50,278 nucleotides of DNA. Source: Chiloscyllium plagiosum (taxonomy: Eukaryota). A program made the translations under genes and the position numbers. The notes below the pieces were generated by a model. That model was not told the DNA's origin. It did not search any database and saw only the letters and a program-made list of their open reading frames with translations. The stretch covers positions 35,824 through 86,101 of the forward strand of contig NW_025215358.1 in NCBI RefSeq assembly GCF_004010195.1. Reading direction: 5' to 3'. Of this stretch, positions 1 through 11,039 are shown piece by piece. Position 1 is the stretch's first letter; each line of letters starts with the position of its first letter.

Positions 1-1050
1 CACTCACAACAACTATTCCTTAAACAGTCTCCACATGTCTATAGTGCCTTTACCATGGAACAAATGCTCCCAGTCCATGCTTCCTAACTCATGTCTAATC
101 GCATCATAGTTTCCTCTTCCCCAATTAAATATCCTCCCATTTTGCCTCATCCTCTCCTTCTCCATAGCTATGTAGAATGTGAGGCAGTTGTGGTCGCTAT
201 CACCAAAATGCTCTCCCACCACAAGATCTGATATCTGCCCTGGCTCGTTTCCGAGCACCAAGTCTGGAATGGCCTCTCCCCTCATCGGCCTGTCAATGTA
301 CTGAGTTAGGAAACCCTCCTGAACACACCTTACAAAAACAGCTCCATTCAAATCTCATGCTCGAAGGAGGTTCCAATCAATATTGGGAAAGTTAAAGTCA
401 TCCATTACAACAACCCTACTACGTCCACACTTTTCCAAAACTGCCAACTTATGCTTTCTTCAACCTCCCTGCTGCTATTGGGGGGCCTGTAGTAAACCCC
501 TAAAGAGGTGACTGCTCCCTTGCTGTTCCTAATTTCCACCTATACTGACTCGGTAGGCAGATCTTCCTCGACAATGGAAGCTTCTGTAGCTGTGATACCC
601 TCTCTGATTAGTAGTGCTACACCCCCTCCTCTTTTTCTCCCCTCCCTATTCTTTTTAAATGCCTAAGTTCATCACTTTTATTCCTGATACTCCTTGCGTT
701 AAAGCAAACACACTTTAACTGATCCTTTGGTTCTTTCCCAGGAAAATCCTTCCCACTAGCTGATCTACCTCTTGCTATTGCCTCAACTGCATCAACTCTC
801 ACCTCCGGTATACAGCTCAGGTTCCCACCCCCCTGCCAGACTAGTTTAAACCCTCTCAAACTACTCGAGCAAACCTTCCACCCAGGACATTGGTCCCCTT
901 CCAGTTCAGATGCAACCCATCCTTCTTGTAGGTCCCACCTTCCCCAGAAGGCATCCCAATTATCTACATATCTGAAGCCCTCCCTCCTACACCAGTTGCG
1001 TAGCCACGTGTTAAGCTGCGCCCGCTCCCTGTTCCTCGCCTCGCTATCTC
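1..1050 (-). mobile_element. CR1-type LINE fragment (end of ORF1 esterase, start of ORF2 AP endonuclease), degraded
   Basis: Minus-strand translations LNTWLRNWCRREGFRYVDNWDAFWGRWDL (CR1 ORF1 SGNH-like), CVCFNARSIRNKSDELR and FLTQYIDRP..GEA..DLVLGN...EHFGDSDHN (endonuclease motifs); frameshifts present. Confidence 0.92.
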
Positions 1051-1051
1051 G

Positions 1052-1222
1052 TGGAGTTTGCACATTCTCTCCGTGTCTGCGTGGGTTTCCATAGCGTTCA
1101 TGGATGTGTAGGTTAGGAGCATAATCAGGGGAAATATAGAGTAATAGTGGAGGGGCATGTGTCTGGGTGGGATAGTCTTTGGAGGGTTGGTGTATTGGGC
1201 CAAATGGCCTGTTTCCACACTA
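1052..1222 (+). mobile_element. HE1-like SINE fragment
   Basis: V-domain TGGAGTTTGCACATTCTC.CCGTGTCTGCGTGGGTTTCC and tail GGCCTGTTTCCACAC shared with the fuller copies at 4172 and 31771. Confidence 0.85.
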
Positions 1223-1271
1223 CGGTATATGGTTTCTTGATATGGACCCTGACCCTCCACACACCTCACTG

Positions 1272-1549
1272 TGGCCCAGTGCCCTCTAAGACTCTGCCCA
1301 ATATTTCAAAGTTATGCCAGCGTCCCGGTTCAATATTTACTCCTCAATTTGTGCCAAAGAGCAGAATATTTACCATTGTCACATTCCTGTGTGTGTGTGA
1401 GGGCTAGCTGTGCCTGGTATTTGTTGGTATCCTATATGACACTGCTTCCAGAACCCAGGGGCTGTGGGATATGCTGAGACTGTGTCACAGTAGAATATAA
1501 AGGGGCAGACATTAATAAACACTTTCTGGGAAAGAGGAGGACTCCAGGT
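1272..1549 (+). repeat. Left arm of a 278-bp inverted segmental duplication (partner 5826-6103)
   Basis: Base-by-base reverse complement of 5826-6103 with roughly 15 mismatches by eye; near-identical ORF translations at 1271+ and 5898-. Confidence 0.95.
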
Positions 1550-1962
1550 AACCATGCTCCAGGGGGGGCACAGTGAATGACAGCTGTCCGATTAGCCACA
1601 ATAACAGGAATATGACCAACAGGAAAATAAGGATCCAGTGTCTCTGTTATCCTGTTATTGGAATCCAATTGAAGAAGCCCACCATATTCATGCAGGCTGA
1701 GCCAGGTTCCCAGATCCACCCATGTGCTCAAGTCCAAGTGGAGAGGTCAGTGTCAGATTGTGCTGAGTAATTCACGTTAATGACTTTGCAACTATTGTGT
1801 TTCTCAGTTATGTCCAAATAGATTGTTTAAGTGGGACTCCAGCTGTTGTGTTAAACGGCTGTGGGGTGGAGGGAGGGTGTAACCAAGTTACTCATACCTC
1901 AGGTCAGGCTGGGGAATGAAAGCACCATAACTCAGGGAACTGGGAGGAAAGCAAGCCAGCAG

Positions 1963-1965
<3 letters not shown>

Positions 1966-1997
<32 letters not shown>

Positions 1998-2050
1998 ACA
2001 CTCTCGCTCACACACACACACACACATTCTCTCTCTCACACACACACTCT
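1966..2050. repeat. (CA)n/(CT)n microsatellite
   Basis: Visible dinucleotide run. Confidence 0.95.
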
Positions 2051-2699
2051 GTAAGCAATCTCCATGTCACAGCCGAACTGATAGCCCTGCTGACACCTAA
2101 CGACAGTTTAACTCAACGACGACTTGTTAGCACATCACCGCCCTTACACAAAGCCTTACGACAGAGTGGCCCTCTGTCAGGCCGGTTTAGCACACACTGC
2201 CTGCTGAGTGTAGACTGAGAAAAGAGAAATGAGACTTAGTGATAACACGAGGATCCAATCCTAAAGCTTGATCTGAGACCCAGCTGCAGTTCCACCCCAG
2301 AACCACTCTTTGATAGTTGTCTCTCCCTTCAAGTTCTGGTTTTGAGAAGGCGAGGGAGACACAGAGAGAAAGCGAGAGAGAGAGGAAGATGGATAAGGTC
2401 TGATATTTTGACTGAATGCCATCAATTTCAGCGGGAACACTGATCATTTCATGGTGAAATTCAGTTAGTGAAAACTCTGCAATTGAAATCATTAATCATT
2501 CCAGTGTAAACATTTATGCTTTCATGACTGGCAGATTCATCTGTTAAACAGAACAGTGTTGGATTCTTGCATGTTAACCAGCTCAATTCTTACAGCTGAG
2601 ACATTGTGGGTTTCATTGTTTATTTGTATGTGTATCTTGCCATTTGCTGAGTTTGTCTTTAAGGACTGCATGTGCTGTGTTCAACCAATCACTGCTGGT

Positions 2700-2904
2700 A
2701 ACACACACACACACACACACACTCGCTCACACACTCACACAGACAGACACACACATACACACACCCACACATACACATTCACTTACTCTCATACACACAC
2801 TCACATACAGAGTCTCGTGCACACACAGTCTGTCATACACACACAGAGTCTCTCTCTCTCACACACTCACTTGCTCTCATACACACACGTACAGAAACAC
2901 ACAG

Positions 2905-2940
<36 letters not shown>

Positions 2941-3095
2941 TCTAATCCACATTCAGTGTCTCTCTCACACACACATTCTCATACACACACAGACACACAC
3001 GGAGTCTCACACACATACACTCACATACATGCACAGACACACATGCATATACACAGACAAATGCAAACACACAGAGACACACACTCACAGACAGA
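2700..3095. repeat. Degenerate (CA)n-rich tract
   Basis: About 400 bp of interrupted CA/CT repeats; source of His/Thr-rich spurious ORFs. Confidence 0.95.
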
Positions 3096-3719
3096 AAGAC
3101 CCAGGACTCAGGCCAGATTGAAGGCCAACTTTCCCCCAAAACGAGCACATGACAAAATAAAACCTCTCCAAAACCACTCATCTGACTTCAATTTTGGGTG
3201 TTTTGAAGAACAGATTTTCTGTGCCATTTAACTGGCATGCTAGTGCTCAGATCGCAGACCACTCTCCACTTGCTCAATGTCGAGAAACACAGAATTATAA
3301 TGGGAAGGAGGATTCCTTTTGGCTCTCTGAATAAACAATTCACTTTGTGTCACCCCCAGCCTGCACCCTGTAGCTCTGCATATTCTTCCTTCTCAGATCA
3401 GTCTCATTCCATTTGAAAGGTTCAGTTGGAGTAGCCTCCATCACGCCCACTGACAGGTCATTCCAGATTTAACCGCCTGCTGCCATGGGGATGTTTCTCC
3501 TCATGCTCACTTCAGTTTCTTCTTGCATGTTATGTCCCTCTCCTTCCCGCTCCGTTCATTCACTGTGACCAGCAGCCCTCCTCTCATTTCCCAATGCCTC
3601 AACCCTCTCACCAATCCCAGCCTCACTGAGAGAAAAGCTCAGGTCATTGTCAAAACCAAAGCCAGTCTGTGCTGGAAGCTGAATCCATGTGGACAGGCCT
3701 GGAGAATGAGGCTGAGATA

Positions 3720-4028
3720 GGGTCACTCTCCTGGGCCATACCAGGCAGTATGGACTGGACCATACAGACAGTATAGACTGGGCCATACCAGGCAGTATAG
3801 ACTGGGCCATACAGACAGTATAGACTGGGCCATTCCAGACAGTATAGCCTGGCCCATACCAGGCAGTATAGACTGGGTCATACAGGCAGTAAAGACTAGG
3901 ACATACCAGGCATTCCACGTTGGGCCATTCCAGGCAGTATAGACTGGACATACAGACAATACAGACTGGGCCATACATACAGTATAGCCTGGGCCATACC
4001 AGGCAGTATAGACTGGACCATTCAGACT
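3720..4028. repeat. Minisatellite, ~23-24-bp unit GGGCCATACCAGGCAGTATAGACT (left part)
   Basis: About 12 diverged tandem copies; resumes at 4477. Confidence 0.93.
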
Positions 4029-4110
4029 GGTAGTGTAGCCGAGCGGTCTAAGGCGCTGGATCCAGGCTCCAGCCTCGAAAGGGGCGTGGGTTCGAATCCC
4101 ACCACTGCCA
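4029..4110 (+). tRNA. tRNA-Leu-like gene, anticodon CAG on a Leu-TAG/AAG-type body; possibly a pseudogene or retrocopy
   Basis: GGTAGTG/CACTGCC acceptor stem with discriminator A, A box TAGCCGAGCGG, anticodon stem CTGGA/TCCAG with loop TC-CAG-GC (anticodon 4063-4065), variable arm CCTC-GAAA-GGGG, B box GGTTCGAATCC; 82 nt; C instead of U at position 33; no T4 terminator. Confidence 0.93.
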
Positions 4111-4171
4111 TTTCTGCTGATCAACTCCAACGCCGCGGCATTGTTAAAATGCTGTTTCGGTCCCCACTGCA

Positions 4172-4476
4172 TTTGTGGGTGGCACAGTGATTAGCACTGC
4201 TGCCTCACAGCGCCAGAGACCTGGGTTCAATTCCCGCATCAGGCGACTGACTGTGTGGAGTTTGCACATTCTCCCCGTGTCTGCATGGGTTTCCTCCGGG
4301 TGCTCCAGTTTCCTCCCACAGTCCAAAGATGTGCAGGTCAGGTAAATTGGCCACACTAAATTGCCCGTAGTGTTAGGTAAGGGGTAAATGCAGGGGTATG
4401 GATGGGTTGCACTTCGGCGGGGTGGTGTGGACTTGTTGGGCCGAAGGGCCTGTTTCCACACTGTAAGTAATCTAAT
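4172..4476 (+). mobile_element. HE1-like SINE, near full length
   Basis: tRNA-derived head (GGGTTCAATTCC B box), V-domain, 3' tail GGCCTGTTTCCACACTGTAAGTAATCTAAT. Confidence 0.93.
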
Positions 4477-4900
4477 TATAGACTGGGTCATACGGACAGT
4501 ATACACTGGCCCATATCAGGCCGTATAGACTGGGCCATACCAGGCAGTATAGACTGAGCCATACCGATTCTACAGACTGGGCACTATCAGACTGTATAGA
4601 CTGAACTGAGGGACTGGTTCACTCTTGAGGGCACTATCAGACAGTATGGACCAGACTGAGGGACTGGGTCACTCTCCAGGGCACTATCAGACTGTATAGA
4701 CTGGTCTGAGGGACTGGTTCACTCTTGAGGGCACTATCAGACAGTATGGACCAGACTGAGGGACTGGGTCACTCTCCTGGGCACTATCAGACAGTATGGA
4801 CTGGACTGAGGGACTGGGTCACTCTCCAGGGCACTATAAGACAATATGGACCGGACTGAGGGACTGGGTCACTCTCCTGGGCACTACCAGACAGTATAGA
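4477..4900. repeat. Minisatellite continuation: ~24-bp units then about six 50-bp units (4581-4900)
   Basis: GCACTATCAG or close variants recur every 50 bp (4581, 4631, 4681, 4731, 4781, 4831, 4881). Confidence 0.93.
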
Positions 4901-5394
4901 TTTGTTGGTGAGAATGAGTGACTGTCCTATCCTGAAAAATGTGGGTAACGATGCAGGATAAGTATGGAATGCCCAGGGTTATGGGCATAGCGGCTGAATG
5001 GGAAGCTCTGAAGTTTCACAATGGCTCCTGCCCGATGATCTGAAATGGGCTGGTGGATGAATCCACTCAGGAACACCCAGCTGTTCTGTTTTGGCAATGC
5101 TGCAGATCCCAGGAGGAGCTGAGGGGCATGGTTATGCCATTATCAACGGGCACAATCAACTGGGAAGTAATGCCAGTGGAAGCACTGAGGAAGGCAAGGG
5201 GCAATTGGCATCTGTGGGACATGCAGGATAGCCTGTATCCCCTTGGCCTTAGACCCCAACAAATGTCTCACCTTGCACTTTATTTGTTCAGTTTCTGTGT
5301 CTCTGTGGAAAGGATTTGGAGTTGCAGTTCTGGATTTGTAGTTTGTGAGTAGGAGTGTAATGAGGAGACACACAGGCAGCAGTTGTTGAAACTG

Positions 5395-5570
5395 GTCATA
5401 GAGTTGTAGTGATGTACAGCACAGGAACAGTCCCTTCGGTCCAACTCATCCATACTGACCAGATATCCTGACCTAATCTAGCCCTATTTGCCAGCACTTG
5501 GCCCATATCCCCATTCATGTCCCCATCCAGATGCCTTTTAAATGTCGCAATTGTACCAGCCTCCACTACG
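5395..5570 (-). mobile_element. CR1 3' end fragment
   Basis: VVEAGTIATFKRHLD followed by a CR1 3' UTR matching other copies. Confidence 0.85.
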
Positions 5571-5609
5571 TTAGGGTTTAACACATAAACCCTAAAGTAC
5601 TACGCACAT

Positions 5610-5828
5610 ACATAGAATCCCTACAGTGTGCAAACAGGCTCTTCGGCGAAACAAGTCCACACTGACCTTCCAAAGAGTATTCCACCCACACCCATGTTCT
5701 ACATTTATCCCTGACTAATGCACAAACCTACACATCCCTGAATGCTAGGGGCAATATAGCATGGTCAATTCACCCTAACCGGCACATCTTTGGACTGTGG
5801 GAGGAAACCAGAGTACCTGGAGGAAACC
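5610..5828 (-). mobile_element. HE1-like SINE 3' portion
   Basis: Reverse complement of SINE tail and V-domain (TTTGGACTGTGGGAGGAAACC). Confidence 0.85.
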
Positions 5829-6103
5829 TGGAGTCCTCCTCTTTCCCAGAAAGTGTTTATTAATGTCTGCCCCTTTATATTCTACTGTGACACAGTCTCA
5901 GCATATCCCACAGCCCCTGGGTTCTGGAAGCAGTGTAATATAGGATACCAGCAAATACCAGGCACAGCTAGTCCTCACGCACACACAGGAATGTGACAAT
6001 GGTAGATATTCCATTCTTTGGCACGAATTGAGGAGTAAATATTGAACCAGAACGCTGGCGTAACTTTGAAGTATTGGGCAGAGTCTTACAGGGCACTGGG
6101 CCA
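5826..6103 (-). repeat. Right arm of inverted duplication (partner 1272-1549)
   Basis: Reverse complement of 1272-1549. Confidence 0.95.
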
Positions 6104-6104
6104 T

Positions 6105-6372
6105 ACAAACCCTCTGAAGACTATCCCACCCAGACACATTCCCCTCCACTGTTACTCTGTATTTCCACTGATTATACATTGAACCTACACATCCCTGAAC
6201 ACTATCGGCAATTTAGCGTGACCAACTCACCCTAATCTTTGGATTGTGGGAGGAAACCAGAGCACCCAGAGGAAACCCACACAGACATGGGGAGAATGTA
6301 CGAACGGACAGTCACCCGAGACTGGGATCGAACCTGGGTCCCTCAGTGCTAACCACTGAGCCACTGTGCCAC
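6105..6372 (-). mobile_element. HE1-like SINE; appears co-duplicated with 1052-1222
   Basis: SINE head and V-domain on minus strand; 6108-6205 mirrors 1093-1190 including shared variants. Confidence 0.85.
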
Positions 6373-6920
6373 TTATACAGATTACAAAGACACACAAATA
6401 CATATAGGAATACACAGGCTCTAATATACATAGGAATACACACATGCAGTCCTTAGGAACGTTCATAGACAGACATGTAGGAATACACAAAGACAATTAC
6501 ACAACATACTTATGCAAACACATTTACATACAGATAATTATTCATGCTATTATCAAAGGGCGACTAATCGAGAAACTCAGCTCATGTTCTGGGGACTTGG
6601 GTTGAGTAGCCATTTCATAACCTCTGCCTCACAACCTCTCAAAAAAAACTAGGACAAAGTGACAGCATTATCACAGTCTCTCAGCCTCAAATATATTTAA
6701 TGATCTAAGTTGAGAATCCGAAGGATTCATAATGTTTGGAGCGAAGCAATTTCTCCCCATCCTAGTCCCGAATAATTGGGCCCTACCCCTCGGAACATCA
6801 TCCCCAATTCTGGACTCTCCTGCTATGTTTGCCCACACCCCATCAGGTTGTTGAAGGTTCCAATGTGATCACCCCTCAGTCCTCTAACCTCGAGCCAGCA
6901 TTACCCCATTCACAGAGCCT

Positions 6921-7554
6921 TATAACAGCCTCCTGGCTGCTAGTTGGATAACTTGGCCAAACTGCAAGGGATGCTGGGTACGTTGGCCAAGTAAAACTCT
7001 GAAGTCACAAAACCTGCACACCAGACACAGTACAAACAAAGAAACCAGGTGCTAATGACATTAGTGAAATGTAAAAGGCAACAGTTATCCTGGGCAGGCA
7101 TATGCCCCAATAACTTATCCACCAAACAAAGCAGGGCCCAGACAGAACAGCACTGGGTCCAGCTGTGCAAAGAAACTAACAAATGATTGACAACACTCCA
7201 AACTATTAAGTGAATCTCCCTGATTGGCCAGAATACAGAAAGTTCCAGAAAACCATCCGAAAAAGTATAAAAACAGGGTTCACCTGCAGGCTGCTCTCTT
7301 GAATCTTCTGGAAGCTTCCGAGTAGACCACCATGGCAAGAAGCAGAGACCTGCTGACCAGGGAGAGAGCGACTGTGTAAATCTACAAGAGACTGTAAGCT
7401 GAGGGGGACAAACAGAATTAGAGAGAGTATGTTTAGTATTCAAGGTTATTGTTACTTCTTTCCTAATAAAGTTGGGACTATTTTGCATTGGTATTGACTT
7501 GTGACTTTGACTGCTTCAGTATTGTGGGACACCTGGGCAAATTCACTCATAACA
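6921..7554 (+). mobile_element. Solo LTR (family shared with 19390-20127), inside a degraded CR1
   Basis: TATAACAGCC start (TGTAGCAGCC in the second copy), ATAACA end, reverse CCAAT near 7223, TATAAAA at 7266, AATAAA near 7465; no clear TSD. Confidence 0.8.
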
Positions 7555-7744
7555 TTCTGATCGGAGCTGTCTCACTTGTTTAAGGGAGGAAGTCGACAAT
7601 GGTCTGTGTTCATAATCCCATCCAGTGACCCTCTGCTCGGCCAACTCCAACACGGTGTCTCCCTGTGTAGATACGGAGACCAGAACCCTGCTCAGTATTC
7701 CCGATGTGGTCTCACTCCAATCCTGGAAGCCTGCCCCGTTCGAG

Positions 7745-7970
7745 GGGAAAGTGAGGGCTGCAGATGCTGGAGATCAGAGTCTGGATTAGAGTGGTGCTAG
7801 AAAAGCACAGCAGGGTCAGGCAGCATCCGAGGAGCAGGAGAATCGACGTTTCAGGCATAAGCCCTTCTTCAGGAATACCGAGGGGGAAGGAACTGAGAAA
7901 TAAATGAGGGTGTTGGAAGTGGGGCTTGGAGGGAGGGTAGGTGGGAAGGTGCTAGGTAGATGCAGATAGA
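7745..7970 (-). mobile_element. Penelope terminal-repeat fragment with minimal hammerhead motif (7841-7876)
   Basis: Minus strand ATTC-CTGAAGA-A-GGGC-TTAT-GCCT-GAAA-CGTC-GATT; homologous to the ends of the Penelope copies at 23720 and 47146. Confidence 0.8.
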
Positions 7971-8479
7971 CAGTGAAGGCCTACAGAGTTTTTACCAACA
8001 TTTCATTTGCCTTTCTAAATGCTCGTCATACCCATATGTTAATTTTGTGTGTTTCTCGCAAGAGATTTTCAACATTTCAAAGTTTCCTATCATTTTGAAA
8101 ATATTCTGTTAAAAGCATGGCGAGAGTCATTGTCTGAAACAGGGAGTCACTGCCTGAGGGCAGCAGGCGGCCTGTTCATTTTTCCACATGGATCCTGACT
8201 GCAGCTTCTCCCCATTCCCAGAAATAACGAGGTAAATGTCTGTCTTCGCTGCTTTCACTGAATACTGGCTTCAGATTGAATCTGCCCACTGCCACATGAC
8301 CAGAGAGGTCGAATTTAGGATGGAGTTTTACCTCAGGAGAGTTTAACAACATGCTCCATATACCCCTCATCTGCTCCCCCTCACTCCCATCCCATCTCCC
8401 TCCCATGTCTCCATCCCTCCTGACCCACAGCTTCCACTGACTCCCTCCCCTTCACCTGCCCCTCTCCCACCTCCCACTC

Positions 8480-9120
8480 ATGTGAGTGAGTGAGTGAGCA
8501 GGCCGTGTGGAGGATGTGAGTGAGTGAGTGAGCAGGCCGTGTGGAGGATGTGAGTGAGTGAGCAGGCCGTGTGGGGGATGTGAGTGAGAGAGCGAGCAGG
8601 CGGTGTGGAGGACGTGAGTGAGTGAGTGAGCAGGCCGTGTGGAGGACGTGAGTGAGTGAGTGAGCAGGCAGTGTGGAGGATGTGAGTGAGTGAGTGAGCA
8701 GGCCGTGTGGAGGATGTGAGTGAGTGAGTGAGCAGGCCGTGTGGAGGATGTGAGTGAGTGAGTGAGCAGGCCGTGTGGAGGATGTGAGTGAGTGAGTGAG
8801 CAGGCCGTGTGGAGGATGTGAGTGAGTGAGTGAGCAGGCCGTGTGGAGGATGTGAGTGAGTGAGTGAGCAGGCCGTGTGGAGGATGTGAGTGAGTGAGTG
8901 AGCAGGCCGTGTGGAGGATGTGAGTGAGTGAGTGAGCAGGCCGTGTGGAGGATGTGAGTGAGTGAGTGAGCAGGCCGTGATCAGGCCGTGTGGAGGATTT
9001 GAGTTAGTGAGTGAGCAGGCCGTGTGGAGGATGTGAGTGAGTGAGTGAGCAGGCCGTGTGGAGGATTTGAGTTAGTGAGTAGGCCGTGTGGAGGATGTGT
9101 GTTAGTGAGTAGGCCGTGTA
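8480..9120. repeat. 34-bp minisatellite (GTGA)n-GCAGGCCGTGTGGAGGAT, about 18-19 copies
   Basis: GGCCGT recurs at 8701, 8735 and onward. Confidence 0.95.
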
Positions 9121-9289
9121 GCGTGCATGCAGGATTCATAGTCTCGGGGTTACCAGACATCGCTGGTCATTTCCCCAGCGCGGCTGAGACTGTCCGGAGC
9201 TGGGTGGTCACCTGGGACTAGCCTGGGCAGTGTCTGGTGTCACTGCCTTGACTGCCCATCTTGGGGGAAGAGGACATGGCATGCCTGCA

Positions 9290-10270
9290 CCATGCAGGGC
9301 AGCCCTGGACTGACACTGACTGTCTGGGTGCACAATGGGCACGATGGGGCTGTCAAAGTCCACCAGGCCATCGTGAGCTCATTGATGGCGGTAGATGTGA
9401 GCGTGGGCCTCCCCCTGAGCATCAGCCGGCCTGGCATTGTACAACAAACCTCCCAATCATCAAGATCCACTGGGAGGCTTTAGACAATGTTGACCACGTC
9501 CAACCCCTTGATAGTGTCCTGTTGACCAAAGCAGTTATTGATGAAGAGATCTAGCGTGGCCTCCAGTGTGCCAGCACAGCCTCCGGCCGTATGAGGAAAA
9601 GGGCGTTCGAGGACAACAACATCAGATCCGACTCCAAGCTCATGGGATACAGGGCGATGGTGGTTTCCACTATCCCATACAGCTCAGAGACATGGACTGG
9701 CTACAGCAGGGACCTCAAGGTGCTGGAGCAGTCCCACCAACGCTGTCTGTGCAGGATCCCGCAAATCCACTGGGAAGACAGACACCAACAGCAGTGTCCT
9801 CGACGAGGCCAACATCCACAGCGTCGAGGCACTGCCCCACCCAGCCTGACCGGCTGCGATGGGCTGGCTACGTCGTCCCCATGATTGACACAAGACTCTT
9901 CAGGCTGGTGCCCTCCTCCCAGTTCCCAAATGGCAGCCGCGCCCCAGGAGAACAGAGACAGTGTTTCGGGGATACCCTCAAGGCCTCACTGCAGCATTCC
10001 CACCAACCCCTGGGAATCACACGGGCCAAGACCGTCCGAAGTGAAGGAGGAGTATCTGGGAAGGTGTCGAGGCTTGCCTTTAGGTAAAGGTGGAAGCCAG
10101 ACATGAACAGCGTGAGGAGGGGGTGCTGCCACATCAGTTCCCCACCCACTCTTTCCCATGACCACCACCTGCACCAAGTGTCACAGAGCCTGGACAACCA
10201 CCTACGGGCTCACTCTGAGACGGGAAAGAGAGTCAACCTCATCTGCGAGGGGCCGCCAATGATAATGATG
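9290..10270 (+). mobile_element. RTE-clade LINE 3' fragment (C-terminal ORF), degraded
   Basis: RKRAFEDNNIRSDSKLMGYRAMVVSTIPYSSETWT..LEQSHQRCLCRI..IHWED and RLRWAGYV motifs typical of RTE/BovB C-termini. Confidence 0.88.
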
Positions 10271-10468
10271 CTATTTGACATGAGCTGAATATTTAATACC
10301 TGTTACTTGTTACGGTAATGGACCACACAACGTGTTCCCTGATGCAGAGCGTGTGAGGATCAGGGTTACTGTGTTTGAGTAAGGTTTGAGCTGTCGGCTG
10401 TGCTGTGTTCGGTCCCAGTCATAACGCAGCCGTGAGCTTCAGTGACCTGCGACACGGGACAGAAGAAA

Positions 10469-10550
10469 ACTGCAAGAAGATCTATCCTTGGCGTGGATCC
10501 TAGAACCACTGCAAGAAGATCTATCCTTGGCGTGGATCCTAGAACCACTG
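10469..10550. repeat. Perfect 39-bp tandem duplication
   Basis: ACTGCAAGAAGATCTATCCTTGGCGTGGATCCTAGAACC at 10469 and 10508. Confidence 0.95.
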
Positions 10551-10730
10551 ATCTGTTCCTGATCTGTCTCTGGCTCAGGGAAATGGTGATGACTGTCTCT
10601 GGTGCAGCCTGAAACATGGTCTCTGCTCCTCTGACTGTAGACAGGAGAGTGAATGGGTCTCACACACACACCAGTATGTTCCCTCGTAGATTGCTGTGTT
10701 ATACAAATGACATGGAATCATTCCACAATA

Positions 10731-10953
10731 CAGGTATCCGCTACAATCAAAAATAGAGCATTCCAATTAACCCTTTCCTCAACTGAAATGAAGTAAAGCG
10801 AAGAAGCATTAATTTATATGGGAAAACATTTCAGTTTTTCTCATATAAGCGAAAATCCTCTGGATTTTTTCCGGTGAGAGAAAGCAACTCATGCAGGTCA
10901 TTCGTAAAGATGAAGTGGCGTAAAGTGAACTGTTGAAAAGCGGGGGATACCTG
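10731..10953. mobile_element. Tc1/mariner (Tigger/pogo-like) MITE
   Basis: TA|CAGGTATCC ... GGATACCTG|TA terminal inverted repeats with TA target duplication. Confidence 0.7.
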
Positions 10954-11039
10954 TATAACGCTGCAGCAGCGTGCGGTATCATCAGTGACACCGAACTGAT
11001 TATGACAGCCCCACGACAGCGAGGCAAGGACTTGTCTCC

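Noticed and set aside
1550..1770. Possible PIF/Harbinger transposase relic (NRK...PGS spacing), with a Myb/SANT-like relic at 5040-5220
   Set aside because: Catalytic residues not identifiable; similarity too weak without a profile-HMM search.
2556..3231. His/Thr-rich ORFs (also 16843-17298, and Ser/Leu-rich ORFs at 39913-40336)
   Set aside because: Translations of dinucleotide repeats.
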